The position numbers were made by a program, and so were the translations under genes. The notes under the pieces are model-generated. The model saw nothing but the letters and a program-made list of their open reading frames with translations, was not told the DNA's origin and did not search any database. DNA of 32,000 nt from Desulfocapsa sulfexigens DSM 10523 (GTDB lineage: Bacteria; Desulfobacterota; Desulfobulbia; Desulfobulbales; Desulfocapsaceae), in contig NC_020304.1 of the NCBI RefSeq assembly GCF_000341395.1, forward strand, positions 3,870,001 through 3,902,000, given 5' to 3'. Positions 28,485 through 32,000 of this stretch are shown here, piece by piece. How positions within the stretch are numbered: position 1 is the first letter of the stretch; each line of letters begins with the position of its first letter.

Positions 28485-29084
28485 TTATTTACCTCGAAAC
28501 CCCATTCCCAGCACAAACACTTCACGGCTTTCTACTCGGGAACTCTTGGGTTTGACTGTCTTTACTTTCTGAAACTGCTCGCCTACTTCTTTGACAAATT
28601 CCGGATAGTCTTCTCCCTGGAATGCCTTACAGTAATAATTTCCGTTGGGGAGAAGAAGCTCCGCTGCAAGGGCCAGAGTTTGCCGAACAAGAACCATGGA
28701 CTGTTGATGGTCCGCCCATCGATTTCCTGTAGTGCGTGGTGCCAGGTCAGCAATAAGCACTCTGAATGCCGGCCTGATCTTCCTTACCGCCTCGACCATT
28801 TCCGGCTTCATAATACTCTCTCGTATCCAGATTATCTCTGAACCACCGGCACGGGGGGAGGCAACCACCTCCTGCAGATCAACGCCGACCACAATCCCTT
28901 TTTCCCCGACTACTTCAGAGGCGTAAAGAGACCAGCTTCCCGGACAACAGCCAAGATCCAGAACAGAATCACCACGTTTTATAAACTTGTATTTGTTCAG
29001 TGCTTCTTCAAGTTTATAAACGGATCTCGCCGGGTATTTTTCTTTTTTGGCCTTCTTATAATAAAAATCTTTTACCGTACGCAC
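28485..29084 (-). CDS. rlmE: 23S rRNA (uridine(2552)-2'-O)-methyltransferase RlmE/FtsJ family
   Basis: ARSVYKLEEALNKYKFIKRGDSVLDLGCCPGSWSLYASEVVG, VLIADLAPRTTGNRWADHQQSMVLV, GNYYCKAFQGED. Confidence 0.92.
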   Translation of the reverse strand: MRTVKDFYYKKAKKEKYPARSVYKLEEALNKYKFIKRGDSVLDLGCCPGSWSLYASEVVGEKGIVVGVDLQEVVASPRAGGSEIIWIRESIMKPEMVEAVRKIRPAFRVLIADLAPRTTGNRWADHQQSMVLVRQTLALAAELLLPNGNYYCKAFQGEDYPEFVKEVGEQFQKVKTVKPKSSRVESREVFVLGMGFRGK

Positions 29085-29315
29085 AATAACTCAACTCAGT
29101 ACCTTAGAATTTTTTTTCGAAATCTTCGAGTATCTCGTATTTTTTGAAAAAATTTCAGAAAAGCACTTATACCGGCCACTTAACGGTTACCGGTCTTAGG
29201 TTTCAGGAGAAGCAACACTCTAGTATTCAGTGTAACACTTTTTAGCGTACTATGGCGTCTTTGACAAGAATGAATTACTGCCTGCCCTGGTTAGCGGGCA
29301 GAACATCTATGAAAA

Positions 29316-30794
29316 TTATTTTGATTTCAGGTACTGTTCGACCCAGAACAGAGCATCTGCACGATCTTTCACCTCACCTTCAACCTGTGCCTCCTGCAAC
29401 GCATCAAGAATCGTGGAGAATTCAGGACCTGGCTTCAGGTTGAAAACTTCAACCAGATCCCTGCCGGTCATAAGCCGTGGCCCCTGCAGGGTAGGAGCAA
29501 TATCGCGAGTATAGGTTTCCAGAACCTCGCAAAGCAATCCTTCCAGCTCTTCTTCCATTGCATCCGGCTTCATATCACCCTTTCCAGCCAGACTGTCAGC
29601 CATGGCAAGAAAGAAGAGACCAATCAGATCATCCCCGGCACGTTTAGCAAGTTTGAGACATGCCTTCTTGCTTATCCCCTGAGTGCGACGTACATTGCAC
29701 AGATGAAAGGGGTGCATATGCATTCCCGTAAGCGACGCTACCCTCTCTCGCCTCTCATTTGCCCAGCGCAGATCACGGCCAAGCTCCTGTACCATCCGCC
29801 GCCCAATCTCATCATGGTTATAAAAGGTTATACGTCCGTCCCTGTCTTCACGAATTTTTCGTGTTGCCGGCTTTCCCAGATCGTGGAGAAAAGCGGCCCA
29901 CTTCAACACCTCTGTAATTCCAGGTCGTGCCAGATATTCACGGAGTTTATCACCGCAGGCAGGGTAAAACATTTCAGGCTTTGCAATGATTTTTTCCATA
30001 TTGTTCAACGCTGCCAGACTGTGACCAAAAACATCAAGATGGTGAGATTCCGGTTGAGTAAGCCCCACCCCTTCTTTTAAGGCAGGAATCACCTGAAACA
30101 ACAGTCCCGATTCCACCATTGCAGAGATAACCTCATGGGCACGACTGGAGGCCATAATCAGGTCCATTTCATAACTAATCCGCTCAACTGAAACTCTGGA
30201 TAAAAGAGATGCATGCTCGGTGATAGCCGCAAGCGTTTTTTCCTCAATCCTAAAACCAAAGCGCGACCAGAGGCGATAGCCACGCAGCATGCGCAGGGGA
30301 TCGCTGACAAAGGCATTGGGACAAGCTCGTAAAATTCCATTATCCAGATCCTCCCTTCCTCCGAGAGGATCAAGGATCGGTAAGATTCCTGATGGAACCA
30401 TAAATTCACTAAAACTGATCCCCAGAGCATTCAGGGTAAAATCCCGCATAGACAAATCCTCATCGATGGTGCTTGCTCCCGAGCGGAAACTTGAAAAATC
30501 GATGATCAGGCCTTTCCAGGCAACCCTGCCGGCATCCTCCTCGGCGGTGCCAAGTGGCACAAAGGTTCCACCATTGAGTTCCCTGATCAGCAGACGACAG
30601 CAGTGAACAGCATCACAATCCACTGTAAAGTCAAGATCGTTGGGTTTTCTTTCTAAAAGCCAGTCTCTAACAGTACCACCGACCAGAAACATATCCCTGC
30701 CACGTTCCTTGGCAACGGCTGTCAAGGCCTTGAAAAGCTGAGGAGGATAATCGGAACTGTGGCTACGCAGCTCGGCAACATTGCTCACGAGCAT
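29316..30794 (-). CDS. Class II nucleotidyltransferase: CCA-adding enzyme / poly(A) polymerase family with HD domain
   Basis: VGGTVRDWLLERKPNDLDFTV, SMRDFTLNALG, DPLRMLRGYRLWSRFGF, HDLGKPATRK HD motif. Confidence 0.88.
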   Translation of the reverse strand: MLVSNVAELRSHSSDYPPQLFKALTAVAKERGRDMFLVGGTVRDWLLERKPNDLDFTVDCDAVHCCRLLIRELNGGTFVPLGTAEEDAGRVAWKGLIIDFSSFRSGASTIDEDLSMRDFTLNALGISFSEFMVPSGILPILDPLGGREDLDNGILRACPNAFVSDPLRMLRGYRLWSRFGFRIEEKTLAAITEHASLLSRVSVERISYEMDLIMASSRAHEVISAMVESGLLFQVIPALKEGVGLTQPESHHLDVFGHSLAALNNMEKIIAKPEMFYPACGDKLREYLARPGITEVLKWAAFLHDLGKPATRKIREDRDGRITFYNHDEIGRRMVQELGRDLRWANERRERVASLTGMHMHPFHLCNVRRTQGISKKACLKLAKRAGDDLIGLFFLAMADSLAGKGDMKPDAMEEELEGLLCEVLETYTRDIAPTLQGPRLMTGRDLVEVFNLKPGPEFSTILDALQEAQVEGEVKDRADALFWVEQYLKSK

Positions 30795-30912
30795 CTTCTC
30801 TCCTCTTTCTTTTTTTTATTTCATGTTTATACTTCACGCGTATGTCTCACATGTATAGTTGTCAGATGAGAAAGTGTACCACTTAACCCAAAAAAATAGA
30901 ACTGAAACGTAT

Positions 30913-31401
30913 ATGGACACCCCCACTCAGCGTATGCTCAAGGTCGGCAAGGCCACCATTGGCCTAATCGGTCTTGATATCGCCCTAAACAACGCCCTGG
31001 TCAACAAAATCCCTGTTGAATCCATTTCCGAGCATCTTTACAGAGAAATTCGGCGGCAGAATTATATCCCACCAGGAATGACAGAGACATACAAAGCTGC
31101 GCTGAAACGAGAATACAGAAAATTACTTGGTGAAGACGTTACTGAAGACGGTGATCTCACAATTCGGATTTTCGGCACCGGCTGTATCAGTTGTAACGGA
31201 CTGCGTGATGCTGTAATCGATGCCATGATGAAGGCAGGCATCGCTGCCGATATTCACATGATTCATGATCCTGACGAAATAGGCAGACATGGCATCCTGG
31301 CCACACCTGCGCTTATGATCAATGGAAAGGTAAAAATGGCCGGGATTCATCCTACTCCGGTGCAGCTTGAAGCCTGGCTGCTCGAGGCAGCAGAACAATA
31401 A
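30913..31401 (+). CDS. Thioredoxin-fold (TM0996/MTH895-like) protein with about 70 aa uncharacterised N-terminal domain
   Basis: C-terminal IRIFGTGCISCNGLRDAVIDAMMKAGIAADIHMIHDPDEIGRHGILATPALMINGKVKMAG contains CxxC and cis-Pro TPALMING. The track starts at 30859; the internal ATG at 30913 (MDTPTQRM) is also possible. Confidence 0.75.
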   Translation: MDTPTQRMLKVGKATIGLIGLDIALNNALVNKIPVESISEHLYREIRRQNYIPPGMTETYKAALKREYRKLLGEDVTEDGDLTIRIFGTGCISCNGLRDAVIDAMMKAGIAADIHMIHDPDEIGRHGILATPALMINGKVKMAGIHPTPVQLEAWLLEAAEQ

Positions 31402-31402
31402 T

Positions 31403-32000
31403 ATGAAGTCAAAACAGCCTGAACTTGTTCTGGCACCCATCCGAGGAATCACAGACTGCCATTTTCGTTCGCTTTTCCAGCGCCATTTCCCCGGCTTTGA
31501 CTCAGCACTGGCACCCTTTATAAACCCCCAGCGCCACTCCCAATTCAACACAGGACAGTTAAAGGACATTTTACCGGTTGCCAACCTGGAGTTACCGGTC
31601 ACCCCACAGTTCCTCCACACCAACCCGGAAGATTTTCTCTTTCTGGCAGGCCGTTTACAGGAACTCGGGTACAGGGAAGTAAACTGGAATCTGGGCTGCC
31701 CCGCTCCCATGGTTACCAAAAAGCAAAGAGGCTCCGGCCTTCTCCCCTTCCCAGAAAAGATCTTTGATTTTCTTGACCAAGTACTGCCAAAACTGACACA
31801 ACTCGGGATACGGCTCTCCATAAAAACACGTTTGGGCTACGAAAACAGGCAGGAACTCCTTGATCTTCTACCACGTCTTGACCAGTATCCTCTGGCCGAA
31901 ATCATTATTCATGGACGCCTGGGTTCGCAGATGTACAAGGGTGAAGTTGATCGGGACGCTTTTGGTCATTGTTTAGAATGCACTCAACATTTCATCGTCT
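31403..32000 (+). CDS. tRNA-dihydrouridine synthase (Dus) family, truncated by window end
   Basis: Open frame from ATG 31403, absent from the ORF track because it runs off the window: MKSKQPELVLAPIRGITDCHFRSLFQRHF...GYREVNWNLGCPAPMVTKKQRGSGLL...LSIKTRLGYENR...EIIIHGRLGSQMYKGEVD. These are Dus family FMN-binding and catalytic motifs. Confidence 0.88.
   Translation, partial: MKSKQPELVLAPIRGITDCHFRSLFQRHFPGFDSALAPFINPQRHSQFNTGQLKDILPVANLELPVTPQFLHTNPEDFLFLAGRLQELGYREVNWNLGCPAPMVTKKQRGSGLLPFPEKIFDFLDQVLPKLTQLGIRLSIKTRLGYENRQELLDLLPRLDQYPLAEIIIHGRLGSQMYKGEVDRDAFGHCLECTQHFIV

Noticed and set aside
29282-29301. Inverted repeat CTGCCC...GGGCAG between the nucleotidyltransferase gene and rlmE
   Set aside because: Short stem with no adjacent T-run on either strand; not enough to call a terminator.
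31123-31821. 232-aa minus-strand ORF
   Set aside because: Antisense to the thioredoxin-like and Dus-family plus-strand genes, both of which have recognisable motifs.
1-32000. Mobile elements, CRISPR arrays, phage or defence genes, tRNA/rRNA genes
   Set aside because: No transposase, integrase, phage, defence-family or rRNA/tRNA signatures, and no regularly spaced long repeats, were recognised anywhere in the window.

Overview
The window is a dense bacterial chromosomal region, almost entirely minus-strand. It carries a complete-looking division/cell-wall (dcw) cluster in transcriptional order mraZ-rsmH-ftsL-ftsI-like-murEF-mraY-murD-murG-murC-murB-ftsQ-ftsA-ftsZ (23.3 kb down to 6.8 kb). Upstream are yebC-ruvC-ruvA-ruvB-panB-lemA, rlmE and a CCA-adding-enzyme/poly(A)-polymerase family gene. 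Downstream are a radical SAM gene, a sensor histidine kinase, a FetAB-like ABC pair and a CoA-disulfide-reductase/rhodanese fusion. At the right edge two plus-strand genes appear: a thioredoxin-fold protein and a truncated dihydrouridine synthase that is missing from the ORF track. I see no mobile element, CRISPR array, tRNA or rRNA. The content looks Desulfobacterota/Desulfobulbales-like, but that is only inference from protein flavour. The main oddity is the division synthase. The FtsI-like PBP appears to have lost its catalytic serine (PGSTxK-type motif reads PEEIRK) and its KTG motif (reads ETV). ftsW is absent from its usual murD-murG slot. murE and murF are fused into one ORF. Other notable points are ruvC with no canonical start codon in frame upstream of its catalytic IDPGS motif, and a clear GTGG direct-repeat array (candidate MraZ boxes) just downstream of a sigma70-like promoter before mraZ. 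I found no convincing new defence or mobile system.
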